Assembly: GCF_009914755.1 (NCBI RefSeq)
Contig: NC_060933.1
Source: the human T2T-CHM13v2.0 reference genome, Homo sapiens
Reading direction: 5' to 3' (one strand)
Length of the DNA stretch: 64,000 nt
Shown here: piece after piece, positions 18,400 to 39,058 of the stretch
How positions within the stretch are numbered: position 1 is the stretch's first letter
How the letters are laid out: every line of letters begins with the position of its first letter
Program-made: the position numbers and the translations under genes
The notes under the pieces: generated by a model
The model's input: only the letters and a program-made list of their open reading frames with translations
The model's database searches: none
What the model was told of the DNA's origin: nothing

Positions 18400-19301
18400 T
18401 TGTGGTTTTATCTACTTTTGGTCTTTGATGATGGTGATGTACAGATGGGTTTTCGGTGTAGATGTCCTTTCTGGTTGTTAGTTTTCCTTCTAACAGACAG
18501 GACCCTCAGCTGCAGGTCTGTTGGAATACCCTGCTGTGTGAGGTGTCAGTGTGCCCCTGCTGGGGGGTGCCTCCCAGTTAGGCTGCTCGGGGGTCAGGGG
18601 TCAGGGACCCACTTGAGGAGGCAGTCTGCCCGTTCTCAGATCTCCAGCTGCGTGCTGGGAGAACCACTGCTCTCTTCAAAGCTGTCAGACAGGGACACTT
18701 AAGTCTGCAGAGGTTACTGCTGTCTTTTTGTTTGTCTGTGCCCTGCCCCCAGAGGTGGAGCCTACAGAGGCAGGCAGGCCTCCTTGAGCTGTGGTGGGCT
18801 CCACCCAGTTCGAGCTTCCCGGCTGCTTTGTTTACCTAAGCAAGCCTGGGCAATGGCGGGCGCCCCTCCCCCAGCCTCGTTGCCGCCTTGCAGTTTGATC
18901 TCAGACTGCTGTGCTAGCAATCAGCGCGATTCCGTGGGCGTAGGACCCTCTGAGCCAGGTGTGGGATATAGTCTCGTGGTGCGCCGTTTCTTAAGCCGGT
19001 CTGAAAAGCGCAATATTCGGGTGGGAGTGACCCGATTTTCCAGGTGCGTCCGTCACCCCTTTCTTTGACTCGGAAAGGGAACTCCCTGACCCCTTGCGCT
19101 TCCCAGGTGAGGCAATGCCTCGCCCTGCTTCGGCTCGCGCACGGTGCGCACACACACTGGCCTGCGCACACTGTCTGGCACTCCCTAGTGAGATGAACCC
19201 GGTACCTCAGATGGAAATGCAGAAATCACCCGTCTTCTGCGTCGCTCACGCTGGGAGCTGTAGACCGGAGCTGTTCCTATTCGGCCATCTTGGCTCCTCC
19301 C
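18400..19301 (-). promoter_or_regulatory. L1 5'UTR: CpG-rich internal sense promoter and antisense promoter, YY1 site intact
   Basis: CpG-rich; CAAGATGGCCG present on - at about 19282-19292. Confidence 0.85.
18853..19068 (+). CDS. L1 ORF0 (antisense 5'UTR ORF), intact 71 aa
   Basis: MAGAPPPASLPPCSLISDCC...RCVRHPFL*; donors cag|gtgtgg (18958/9) and cag|gtgcgt (19043/4). Confidence 0.85.
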   Translation: MAGAPPPASLPPCSLISDCCASNQRDSVGVGPSEPGVGYSLVVRRFLSRSEKRNIRVGVTRFSRCVRHPFL

Positions 19302-19331
19302 CTGTGTGGTTTCTCTTAACTGCTTATGTTA

Positions 19332-19796
<465 letters not shown>

Positions 19797-19800
19797 TTAG

Positions 19801-20103
<303 letters not shown>

Positions 20104-20880
20104 GTGTGTTTAGAAGATAGCACACGGTGTGGCCAGGCCACCATTTGATAAGATTAGTATGGATATGAGAAAGCTATGTGCTATTTATCAAGACAATGGG
20201 AGAATGACCCCAAAGATATTATGGACATCTTGGTACAAGGGGAGGGGGCAACCATGCCCATCAAAAGGCCAGAGTGCTAGGGTCTTGGGGACAGATGAAT
20301 TTTGAGGAGGGGCCCAGGGTGCCCATGGGACCTGTTTGCTCACTGCTGAGGGCCACCTTGGGTCTCTGCACCCTGCACTCTGGCACAGTGCTCCTTGGCT
20401 ACCCCAGCTCTGATTCAAGCAGGCCCAGGTCCAGGTAGGGCCACTACTCTGGAGGGTGCAAGCAGTGAGCCTTGGCACATCCATGTGGTGCTTAATTCTG
20501 CAGGTGTGCAGAGTACAAGAGCAGTGGAGGCTGGCTTCCTTCACCTAGATTTCAAAGAATGCCTCAGTGGGCCCAGGCAGAGAACTGCTGCAAGGACAAA
20601 GTCTCTGCAGAGAGCCCCCACTAGGGCAGTGCCTAGTGGAGTCATAGGAGTGGGGCTGCTCCAGAAACCCCAGAAGTGTATAAGCACCAGCATACAGTGC
20701 CAGTCTGGGAAAGCTGCGGGCAGACTATTTCAGTGCATGGGAGCTGAAGCATGGGCTGTACCCAGCAAAGCCATGTGGGTGGGCCTGCCCGAGGCCACGG
20801 GGACCTAACCTCCATCCCAGTGTACCTGGAAGGTGGGACACGGAGTCAAAGATTATTCTCATGCTTCAAGATTTAATGTT

Positions 20881-21191
20881 GGGCTGGGCACAGTGGCTTG
20901 TGCCTGTAATCCCAATCCACTGGGAAGCCCAGGAGGGAGGAGTGCTTGAGGCAGGAGTTTGAAACCAGCCTGGGCAACATAGTGAGACCCCATGTCTACA
21001 AAAATGAAAAAAAAAAATAGCTCGGCAGAATGGGACAGACGTGTAGTCCTAGCTACAGGAGAGGCTAAGGCAGGAAGATTGCTTGAGCCCAGAAGTTCAT
21101 GGTTGCAGCAAGCTATGATCATACACACTGCTCTCCAGCCTGGGTGACAGGGCAAGACACTGTCTCAAAAAAAATTGAAATAAAAAAAAAA
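20881..21191 (+). mobile_element. AluJ
   Basis: TSD aagatttaatgtt on both sides. Confidence 0.9.
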
Positions 21192-22176
21192 GATTTAATG
21201 TTTCTCCTGTTGGTTTTGGACTTACCTGGGAGCTCTTACTCCTTCCTTCTTTTCTATTGCTCCCTTTTGGAATGGGAATGTCTGTCCTATGGCTGTTCCA
21301 CCATTGTATTTTGGAAGTATATAATTTGTTTGATTTCACAGGCTCACAGCTGGAGAGCAGTTTGCCCCAGGATGACTCTTACTTTGAGTCTCATCCATAT
21401 CTGATTTAGATGGGACCCTGTACTTTAGCTTTGAATTGTTACTGGAACAAATTAAGACTCTAGGGGCAATGGGATGGAATGAATGTATTTTACATGTAAG
21501 AAAGACATAAATTTGGGGGGGTCAGAGGTGGAATGTTACAATCTGAATATGTACCCCAAAATTTGTAGTGTTAAGGAGGTGTGGCCTTTCGGGAGGTGTT
21601 TAGTTCATGGGGTCTGTAGCCTCATACATTGATTAATGCTATTATAAAAGGACTTGACAGAGAAAGTGTGGTCCTTTTTCATCCTTCCATCTTCTGTCAT
21701 GTAACGACACAGCATTCCTCCCCTCTGGAGGATGCCGCATTCAAGGCACCATTTTGGAAGCAGCTAGCAAACTTCATTAAATGCTGGCATCTTGGATCTT
21801 GGCCTTCACACCCTCCAGAACTGTGAGAAATGAATTTCTGTTGTTTATAAGCTACCCAGTCTCAGATATTCTGTTATAGCAGCACAGGCAGACTAAGACA
21901 CAAGTATAGTGCACATCCATACCTACAGCAGCGCTTGTCCATGACATTTTCTGTACCTCTGTTGTCACCCTAATTAGTTTGGCATTGCCTACCATCTAGA
22001 TACCTCCTTCAGTCCACACTTTCATTCCTTATATACAATGCTGGATGATTAATACTCAACATGTCCTTCAAAACTCAGCTCTTTTTCCTGGGAACAGAAT
22101 ATATGCTAATTAATTTTTGTTAAATATAATTAAATTTATCTACCTAACTACCACACAGCCCAAAGAGATGGGGAGG

Positions 22177-22871
<695 letters not shown>

Positions 22872-22899
22872 GAAGACAAAATTCCCTGTTGTTCCTTAA

Positions 22900-25560
<2,661 letters not shown>

Positions 25561-25562
25561 TC

Positions 25563-25755
25563 AGTCCAGGTGCTGTGGCTCACACCTGTAATCTCAGCAC
25601 TTTGAGAGGCCAAGGCAGGTGGATCACCTGAGGTCAGGAGTTTGAGACCAGCCTGACCAACATGGCAAAGCCCCATCTCTCCTAAGAATAGAAAATTAAG
25701 CTGGGCACGGTGGCTCACGCCTGTAATCCCAGCACTTTGGGAGGCCAAGGCAGGC
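25563..25755 (+). mobile_element. Truncated Alu fragments (left arm plus start of a second Alu)
   Basis: Two Alu 5' heads, no right arm or tail. Confidence 0.8.
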
Positions 25756-26099
25756 TTCTTTAAGATCTGACTTAATAGAAGACAGCTAGATTCTCATAGC
25801 TGCTTCTGATACAATAATCTATGTTATAGTATTACAAATCATATAATCTCTGGAAATTCCCACTGTACACTCATGAGTGAAAAATGCACATAACATCTTA
25901 GTATTAGAATGAAAACAGTTTTAATTTTTCAGACACCTTGAAAGGGTCTTGGGTCCCTCAATTATTCCTGACAGTGTATGAGCTCTATAAATGCTCAAAA
26001 CCAATAAGCCAAAGCTCCTTTCCAGGAAAGCCTCCAACTAAGGAGATAGTTGAGTTCTGCTGGAAATAGAACTCAATTTGAAGAAGAGGGAGAAATTTG

Positions 26100-27110
26100 G
26101 GGCAAAGGAATTAGAAAAACTATTTAAAAGTAGGAAGAGGAACAGCAAGTTGGAGTTCATCTTTTTCATTATTTCAAAAACCACAGAGAAAGAAGCCCTT
26201 AAGCCATGAAGTTAGGAAAGCAGTTCTGTCCCAATTCAAATCGTATGAGCAATAGTAGAGGACCACAGTTTAATACCATATAAAATTATTAAAAGAGTAA
26301 AAAATTGATGAATTAATGTGCAGAATGACATCCCTATACATAATGAAAGTGTGCCAGAGTATGTGCTCACAAAATAAAAACTATTACCATTACCCAACAC
26401 TTCAAAATGAGCTCTAAAAATTAAGAAAATTGGGTTGGCTTTAGCTCAAGCAGTTACTTCCTCATGCCAGACTTTTTATTCATCTAAAAATTAAGAGATT
26501 ATAGATAGAACAGCAAAATTTAGAATTTGAAAACTCAGATGAGATGATTTGATAAAAGGAAGATCTGAAAAAAAAGATGATGAATTAAAGAATTAGAAAT
26601 GAAAAGAGAAACTTTCAGAAGTGGAAGATTAAACTAAATGGGCAAATAAGTCTTCAAGAGAAATAAGTCTACAAGAAAACCAAGAGGGGAGAAGAAAAAA
26701 AAAACATTTTTTTAATAAGGAAAGATTTAAAAGGTTTGAGAAAAAGTGATAGATATAGAAGACATGCAAACAAGATTCAACATAAGTATAATAGGAGTAC
26801 CTAACAAGAAAAATAATGAAAAAAATAAATGTTAAAAAGCTATAATGCAACAAAAAGTGTTGTTCAATAAAAGACTTAAAACTGTATACGGAAAAGTTAC
26901 TCCATTTACATGGGAAAATCAACCCAGCTGGCCAGCAATGAGAAATGTTCTAGTAAAACTGTTGGATTTTAAAGGGGAGAAGAAAAAAAAAAAAAAACCT
27001 TTGGACAATCAGAGAGAAAAAGACCAAGTCATTTATAAGGGAAATGATACCAGACTGACATCAGACTTTTCAAAAGCAACACTAGGCCAGAGGACAATGA
27101 TTTCAGATAC
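26100..27110 (+). mobile_element. Old L1-family ORF1 remnant
   Basis: VIYKGNDTRLTSDFSKATL aligns with L1 ORF1 VTLKGKPIRLTADLSAETL seen elsewhere in this window. Confidence 0.7.
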
Positions 27111-27118
27111 TCAAGTGT

Positions 27119-29840
<2,722 letters not shown>

Positions 29841-29924
29841 AGTATCTTGTTAAGATGTAAATATTATCCAAAGTAATCTACAGAATAAATGCAATTTCTG
29901 TAAAAATTCCAATAGTCTTTCTTT

Positions 29925-30189
<265 letters not shown>

Positions 30190-30284
30190 CAATAGTCTTT
30201 CTTTACAGAAATGGAAAAGAGATTTTCTATTCAGCCAGTGCAACCCTTTTATATGTAAAGACCACAAACTTACATGAACATGGA

Positions 30285-30666
30285 TGATATAGTTTGGCTC
30301 TGTGTCCCCACCCAAATCTCATGTCAAACTGTAATCCCCATGTGTTGGAGGAGGGGCCTGATGGGAGGTGACTGAATCATGGGGGCGGATGTTCCACTTG
30401 CTGTGTTCATTATAGTCAGTTCTCACGAGATTTGGTTGTTTGAAACTGCGTAGCACCTCCCCCTTGGCTCTCTCTCTCTCCTGCTCTGACATGTTAAGAC
30501 GTGCTCTCTTCCCCTTTGCCTTTGGCCATGACTGTAAGTTTCCTGAGGCCTCCCAGCCATGCTTCCTATACAGCCTGCAGAACTGTGAGTCAATTAAACC
30601 TCTTTTTTTCATAAATTATCCAGTCTCAGGTAGTTCTTTATAGCAGTGTGAGAATGGACTCATACA
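30285..30666 (+). mobile_element. Solo MSTA/THE1D-like LTR
   Basis: tgatatagtttggctctgtgtccccacccaaatctc ... gactcataca, 382 bp. Confidence 0.82.
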
Positions 30667-30789
30667 GTAGAATAACTTAATTGAATATTGTTCAAATGAG
30701 TCCTTCCTGAGGAGTCTTCTAGACTAGGGATCAGAAAACTATGGCCTGCAGGCCAATCTAGCTCACTACTTGTTTTTGTATGGTGCATG

Positions 30790-31580
30790 AGCTATACAAA
30801 AGGTGTAACGTAAATATCAATGGGTCCATATAGATATAAATAAATGTTTCAACATGAAATAAGTGGGGGAGATTAGATAAATTGCCTGGACAGAATAATT
30901 CCATATTAATTTATGTAGCTAATTCCCTCTCCGCCCTACCCAAATGGGGGATGCACTTAGCAACTGGCTTCCAAAAAATAGAGTATTGAAGTGAGGTTGT
31001 GGGGACAGAGAATAAGTTTACAGTGAAAAAAACCTGACAAACCCTACCTCAGCCATATGATCAAGGTTAACGTCCTCAGTAATGTCATGTCGATAGCATG
31101 TATCCATGATATATTGTGATGAGAATGCCACTTTACTTCTGCAGCCTCCCTCTCCAAACCCGTAATCCCAGACTAACTGTGAGAAAAACATCAGGCAACC
31201 CCAAATTGAAGGACATTCTGCAAAATGTCTGGGAAGTTCTTCTCAAAAACTACCAAGGTGATCAAGGACAAGGGAAGTCTGAGAAACTGTCATAGACCAG
31301 AGAAGGCTAAGGAGACAGAATGAATAAATGTAATGTGGCATCTTAGATTGGATCATGGAACAGAAAAAAGACATTGAGGAAAAATTGACGAAATCTAAAT
31401 AAAGCATCACGTGTAGCTAATAACAATGTGCCAATGTTGGTTTCTTAGTTGTGATACAGGTACCATGGTGATATAGAATGTTAATAATAGGGAAACTGGG
31501 TCAGGAGTATAGAGTGATTCTCTGTACAATCTTCGCAACTTTTCTTAACCTGCAAATATTATTTTTAAAAGTTTATTTTT
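30790..31580 (+). mobile_element. L1MC-like 3' end fragment
   Basis: Decayed L1MC-type 3'UTR sequence; family call by eye. Confidence 0.55.
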
Positions 31581-31597
31581 AAGAAAGTTTTAAGGTA

Positions 31598-31969
31598 TAT
31601 ATTAGACTGAATGTTTGTGTCTCCACAAAATGTATGTGTTGAAACCCCAAACTCCATGTGACTATATTTGGAGATGGGGCCTATGAAGAAGTGATTATGG
31701 TTAAATGAGCTCATAAAGTGAGGGTGGGCTCATAATCTGATAGGGCTGGTGCCTTTATAAGACGAGAAAGATACCAGAGGTCTTTCTCCACCATGTGAGG
31801 ACACAAGAAGGTGGACATTTACAAGACAAGAAGACAGCCCTCCCCAGGAATTAACCCTGCCGGATCTTGCTCTGGGACTTTAATCCTCTAGAACTATGAG
31901 AATAAAATTTCTGTTGTTTAAGCCACTCAGTCTGTGGTATTTTGCTGGGGTAGCCTGAGCTGACAAATA
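31598..31969 (+). mobile_element. MLT1A-like solo LTR
   Basis: gactgaatgtttgtgtc...aataaaatttctgttgtttaagccactcagtctgtggtatt. Confidence 0.72.
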
Positions 31970-32039
31970 TGAGGTGAATGACTGTACTATGGCGGGAGTG
32001 TGCACAGGATGCTACTAGAACACTACAAAAGAGACACAA

Positions 32040-32539
<500 letters not shown>

Positions 32540-32714
32540 TCAATAAATAAATTACAAGGGAGAGACTAGGAAGGAATCAATAATTGAAAAGGAGCTATCC
32601 GCCAAATACAATGTGTAGACCTGGTGAGGATCCTGATATGAATAAACTATTGTAAAACAGCAATGACAACAGCTAGATATTTTATTATATTAAAGAATGA
32701 TAATCATTTGCTCT

Positions 32715-33026
32715 TGTTTGTTTGTTTTTGAGATGAAGTCTCACTCTGTGCTGGAGTGCAGTGGCGCAATCTTGGTCCTTACTGGCGCACTGCTTGGCTC
32801 ACTGCAACCTCTGCTTCCCAAGTTCAAGCAATTCTCCTGCCTCAGCCTCCTGAGTAGCTGGGATTACAGGCACACACCACCATGCCCAGATAATTTTTGT
32901 ATTTTTAGTTGAGATGGGGTTTCACCATGTTGGCCAGGCTGGTATCAAACTCTTGACCTCAAGTGATCTGCCACCCTCGGCAGCCCAAATGCTGGGATTA
33001 CAAGCATGAGCCATCGCACCCAGCCG
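32715..33026 (-). mobile_element. AluS
   Basis: Reverse Alu with a small internal rearrangement; TSD atcatttgct. Confidence 0.88.
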
Positions 33027-33631
33027 ATCATTTGCTTTTAAAAGTTATAAATTTTAAAGATACAGAGTTATTTGCAAATAAAATGATGCAGTGTGGGCAA
33101 TTTGTTTCAAAATTGGTAGGGGGAAGTGTCCTCATGAGATAAGGACATAGGCAGAGAAGTGAACTGAATTATAGATGAAACAAGGTTAGCCATCGATTTA
33201 TCATTGTTAAAGCTGGGTGACGAATACATTGGGATTCGTTATTCTATTTTCTCTATGTTTGAATACATTTGAAATTTTCCATAATACAAAGCTAGAAAAC
33301 AGCAATATGTATAACATCATTTTGAAAAAACTTACATAAACTATATATGACCTCCCCTTCCAGCCAAGATGGAGTAACAGGAACTGGACTTAACCTCCCT
33401 CCTGAAACAAGCAAACACACACAATGACAAAAGCAATAGTATATAAGACACTGGACCTCAGGCAATGAAAGACAGTGATCCCTGAGAGATGAGAAAAAAC
33501 ACTGTGAACTGCACAATCGCCACAGCTTTACCACCCGGAGAGAGCTTCCAGACTGTGGCAAAGAGAGAACAGAGGCAGAGCCTGGAAGATTCCTGCACTT
33601 GAGAAGATGGAGCTGAGGGCCTGGGAGACCA

Positions 33632-33669
33632 AGGCAGCTTGAGTTGATGGAGGCAGCTTGAGTTGATGG
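33632..33669. repeat. Perfect 19-bp tandem duplication
   Basis: aggcagcttgagttgatgg x2. Confidence 0.9.
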
Positions 33670-34053
33670 AGCAGAGTCTAGAGAGGAGAGAGACACACTG
33701 GCAGAAACTCCCAAGGATCTGCAGAGAGACACCCTGGAGTATTCAGATGAGCACTTCGTTCATGAGAAAATTATCATGTTAACAAATCTGAGAAAACAAA
33801 AATGTGATAATCTTAAGATGCAGAAAAAGCATTTGATGAAATCCAACAAGATTCTTGATAAAAATTCTTAGCAAGTTGGTAATACGAACTTTCTCAATCT
33901 GGTAAAGGACAGCTACAGAAAACCTACAGGCACCATTGTACCTAGTAATGATGAAAGGCTGGACGCTGATCCCATAGGATCAGGAGCAGTTCCAAAATGC
34001 ATGCTCTTGCCACTCCTATTCAGCATTGCACTGGAGGTTCTCACTAGTGCAGT

Positions 34054-34749
34054 TGTTACAGTGGGTAGCCAGTCAGACATGAGCAGGGCAGGAGAGGCAC
34101 TCCCACCAGGAATGCCAGGTGACCATCAGTTGATGGCCAGGCAGTTATTAAACTGTCTCTCTGAAATAATTATTGGTTGCAGCCAGTGCCAGGGAAAGAC
34201 AGTTTCCCAATAGACAGAAACACCTAAAACTGGTGATCAGCAGCTTCCCAATAAGATCTCAAGAGTTGGATGAGTGGGCTCAAGCATGTGCACTAAGAGG
34301 CAAAATGGTGGAGTTTAACTGGTATATGACCTTCCTCTAGGAATGCTAGACTGGTAGAGGAAAAACACCTGAAGTGAGCATGCATAGACTGTAGTAAACA
34401 CACTGCACATGCGGCCTCTCCCAAGCGCTAGCAGGCCAATGCACATGCAGACAGCCCACCCCACGGGAAGAATCAGGGGAGAAGCAATGCACAACCCCGC
34501 AAGTATGCCAGTGTATAAAACCCTAAGTCAAAGGTCAAACTGTGCACTTGAATCTCTCAAGTCGCCCGCCTGGCCCTCTTCCAAGAGTACTTCTTTTCAT
34601 TCCTGCTCTAAAGCTTTTTAATAAACTTTCTCTCCTGCTCTAAAACTTGCCTCCGTCTCTCATTCTGCTTTATGCCCCTCACACAAGTTCTTCTGAGGAG
34701 GCAAGAAATGAGGTTGCTGCGGACCTGTACAGATTTGCCACTGCTAACA
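34054..34749 (+). mobile_element. MER50-like ERV1 solo LTR
   Basis: tgttacagtgggtagccagtcagacatgagcagggcagg ... ctgctaaca; TATAAAA and AATAAA present; 4-bp TSD cagt/caat. Confidence 0.72.
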
Positions 34750-35045
34750 CAATCAGGCAAGAAAAGAAATAAAAGACAAGGAGAATAGAAAGTAAAACTA
34801 TTTTTATTCTCAAACATGACTGTCTATGTGGAAAACCTGATGGGTTCTAGAAAAACAAAGCTACTAGGTCAAATGAGTGAGCTTAGCAAAGCAGAGGGAT
34901 ACAAGGTCAACATACAAAAATCAACTGTGTTTCTATAAACTGGCAATGAACAATCCAAAATTGAAATTGACAAAACAATGTCCTTTACCATAGCATCAAA
35001 AAGATAAAATACTAGTGATAAATCTGCCAGAAAATGTGAAAGACC

Positions 35046-35517
35046 TGTTTTATTCATTTCCTAGGGCAGTCATAACAAATTACCACCACCTGGGTGGCTT
35101 AAAACAACAGTTTATTCTCTCACAGTGCTGGAGTCCAGAAGTCTGTCTGACATCAAGGTGTCGGTAGGGCTGCAGTACTTGCGAAAGCTCTAAGGAACAG
35201 TCTGTTCTTTGCCTCTTCCTGCTTCTGTTGGCTTCAGATGTTCCTTGGTATTTTTTGGCTTGTAGCCCCATCATTCCAATCTCTGCCTCCATCTTCACGT
35301 CATCTTCTCCTCCCTCTGTCTTTCTCCTCTGTATCTCTCTTACAAAAACATGTCTTTGGATTTAGAGCCCATCTGGAGAATTCTGAGTGAGCTCTGCATC
35401 TTGAGACATTTAATTGTATCTGCAGAGTTCTTTTTCCAAATAAGGTCATATTCTCAGACCCTGGGTATTAAGACATGGGCATATTTTGGGGCAGGGGCTA
35501 TGATTCAACTCACTACA
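35046..35517 (-). mobile_element. MLT1C/D-like LTR
   Basis: gtcataacaaattaccaccacctgggtggcttaaaacaac...tctcacagtgctggag. Confidence 0.7.
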
Positions 35518-35965
35518 TCCATACACTGAAAACTACAAAATACTGCTGAAAGAAATTAAACTGACCTAAATAAATGGAGACATACACCTTGTCCATGAGT
35601 CAGAGGATTCAAGATTGTTAGAATGTCAACTTCCCCCCGTAATTGACCTATGTATTCATTGCAATGCTAATCAAAATTCAAGCTGGCTTTTCTTGTAGAA
35701 ATTGACAAGCTAATTATAAAGTTCATGTGGAAAGGCAAAGGATTTAGAATGACCAAGACAACTTTGAAAAAGAACAAAATTGGAGGGCTAACACTACCTG
35801 ATTTCAAGAACTATTATAAAACTACAGTAATCAATACTGAGTGGTTTTGGTATATAGATAGATTAATGGAACAGAATAAGGATTCTAGAAAAAGACCCAT
35901 GCATATATGGACACATGATTTTTGACAAAGGTACAAAGGCAAAGGAGTAGAGAAAGGATAGTGAT

Positions 35966-36101
35966 TTTTTGTTTTGTTTTGTTTGTAGATATGAGGGTCT
36001 CACTGGGTTGACTGGGCCAGGCTTGAACTCCTGCCCTCAACCATCCTCCCACGTTGGCCTCCCAAAGTGCTGGTATTACAATCGTGAGCCACCTCACCTG
36101 T
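35966..36101 (-). mobile_element. Alu monomer (FLAM-like)
   Basis: Single arm; gaaaggatagt/gaaaagatagt flanks. Confidence 0.75.
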
Positions 36102-36858
36102 CTGAGAAAAGATAGTCTTTCAACAAATGGTGCTGGGACAATTAGACATTTATAGATATATAAAAGAACTTGGATGTATATCGTTCACCATATTAAAAAA
36201 TCAACTCAAAAAGGATCATAAACCTAAATGTAAAATCTAAAATTATAAAATTTTTAGAAGAAAACATGAGAGAAACATGTGTGGCCTTGGGTTAGCTCAA
36301 GATTTGTGAGATGCAACACCAAAAGTACAATCCATAAGAACAGGTTGGTAAATTGAACTACATCAAAATTTAAAGTTTGTTCCTCAAAAGACACTGAGAG
36401 AGAATGAAAACAAAAACAAAAACAAAAAAACTTAACTGCTCTATGAGAAGAACGAGAAGACAATCCACAGACTAGGAAAGAATCTTTGCAAAGCATATAT
36501 CTGTTAAAGGACTTGCATCCAGACTATATGAAAGCTCTCAAAATTCAACAGTAAGAAAAAAAGAGCAGCCCAAACTTTTAAGAGTCCAAAAGATTTGAAT
36601 AGACCAACAAAGATATACAGTTGATAAATAAACACATGAAAATAGGCACTATTAGTCATTAGAGAAATGCAAATTAAAACGTCATTAGCTTTAGAGAAAT
36701 ACACACTTTAGAATGGTTAAAATTTAAAAGACCGACCATACCAAGTGTTGATGAGGATATAATGAAATGGAAACTCTCATCCACTTCCAGTGGGAATATA
36801 AAATGGCCCAATCCATTTAGAAAATGGTTTGGCAATACCTTATATGATCCAGCCATTC

Positions 36859-37405
36859 TGTCAGAGGCATTTGAACCAGAGCCAACTCCATCCTGAATAG
36901 GAACTGGGTAAAATGAGGCTGAGACCTACTGGGCTGCATTCCCAGGAGGTTAAGGCATTCTAAGTCACAGGATGAGATAGGAGGTAGTCACAAAATATAG
37001 GTCATAAAGACCTTGCTGATAAAACAGGCTGCAGTAAAGAAGCTGGCTAAAACACCAAATCAAGATGGCAACAAGAGTGATCTCTGGTCACCCTCACTGC
37101 TACACTCCCACCAACACCATGACAGTTTACAAATGCCATGGCAATGTCAGAAAGTTACTCTATATGGTCTAAAAAGGGGAGGCATGAATAATCCACCCCT
37201 TGTTTAGCATATCATCAAGAAATAATCATAAAAATGGGCAACCAGTAGCCCTCAGGACTGCTCTGCCTATAGAGTAGCCATTCTTTTATTCCATTACTTT
37301 CTTAATAAACTTGCTTTCACTTTATGCACTGACCTCGAATTCTTTCTTGCGAGAGATCCAAGAACCCTTTCTTGGGGTCTGGATCAGGATCCCTTTCCAA
37401 TAACA
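36859..37405 (+). mobile_element. MER41A solo LTR
   Basis: tgtcagaggcatttgaaccagag ... taaca, 547 bp; TSD ATTC; lacks the MER41B GAS-bearing segment. Confidence 0.85.
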
Positions 37406-37799
37406 ATTCCACTCCTAGGCATTTACCCAAAAGAAAAAAAATACATATATCCCTACAAAGACTTGTACATGAGTGTTCACAGCAGCTTTATGTGGAATAG
37501 CCAAAAACTGGAAATAACACAAACATCCATGAACAGGTGAACAGATAAACTAACTGTGGTTATAAAAATAGGTGAAATACTATCTAGCAATTTAAAAAGA
37601 ATAAGTTATTAACACATACAACAGGAATGAATTTCAACCTAATTATGCTGAGTGAAAGACTCTAGACAAAAAAAGAATTATATACTTTGTAATTTCATTT
37701 ATATGAAACTCTAGAAAATGCAAAGTAATCTGTAGTGACAGATAGCTGATCTGTGGTTGCCTGGAGGTGGGGAAGGGAGAGGAAGGAGGCATGATCATA

Positions 37800-39058
<1,259 letters not shown>

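Larger units (their letters stand above)
33780..37790 (+). mobile_element. Old L1M ORF2/3' remnant hosting several LTR insertions
   Basis: Decayed ORF2 motifs DAEKAFDEIQ and GGLTLPDFKNYYKTTVI. Confidence 0.8.
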
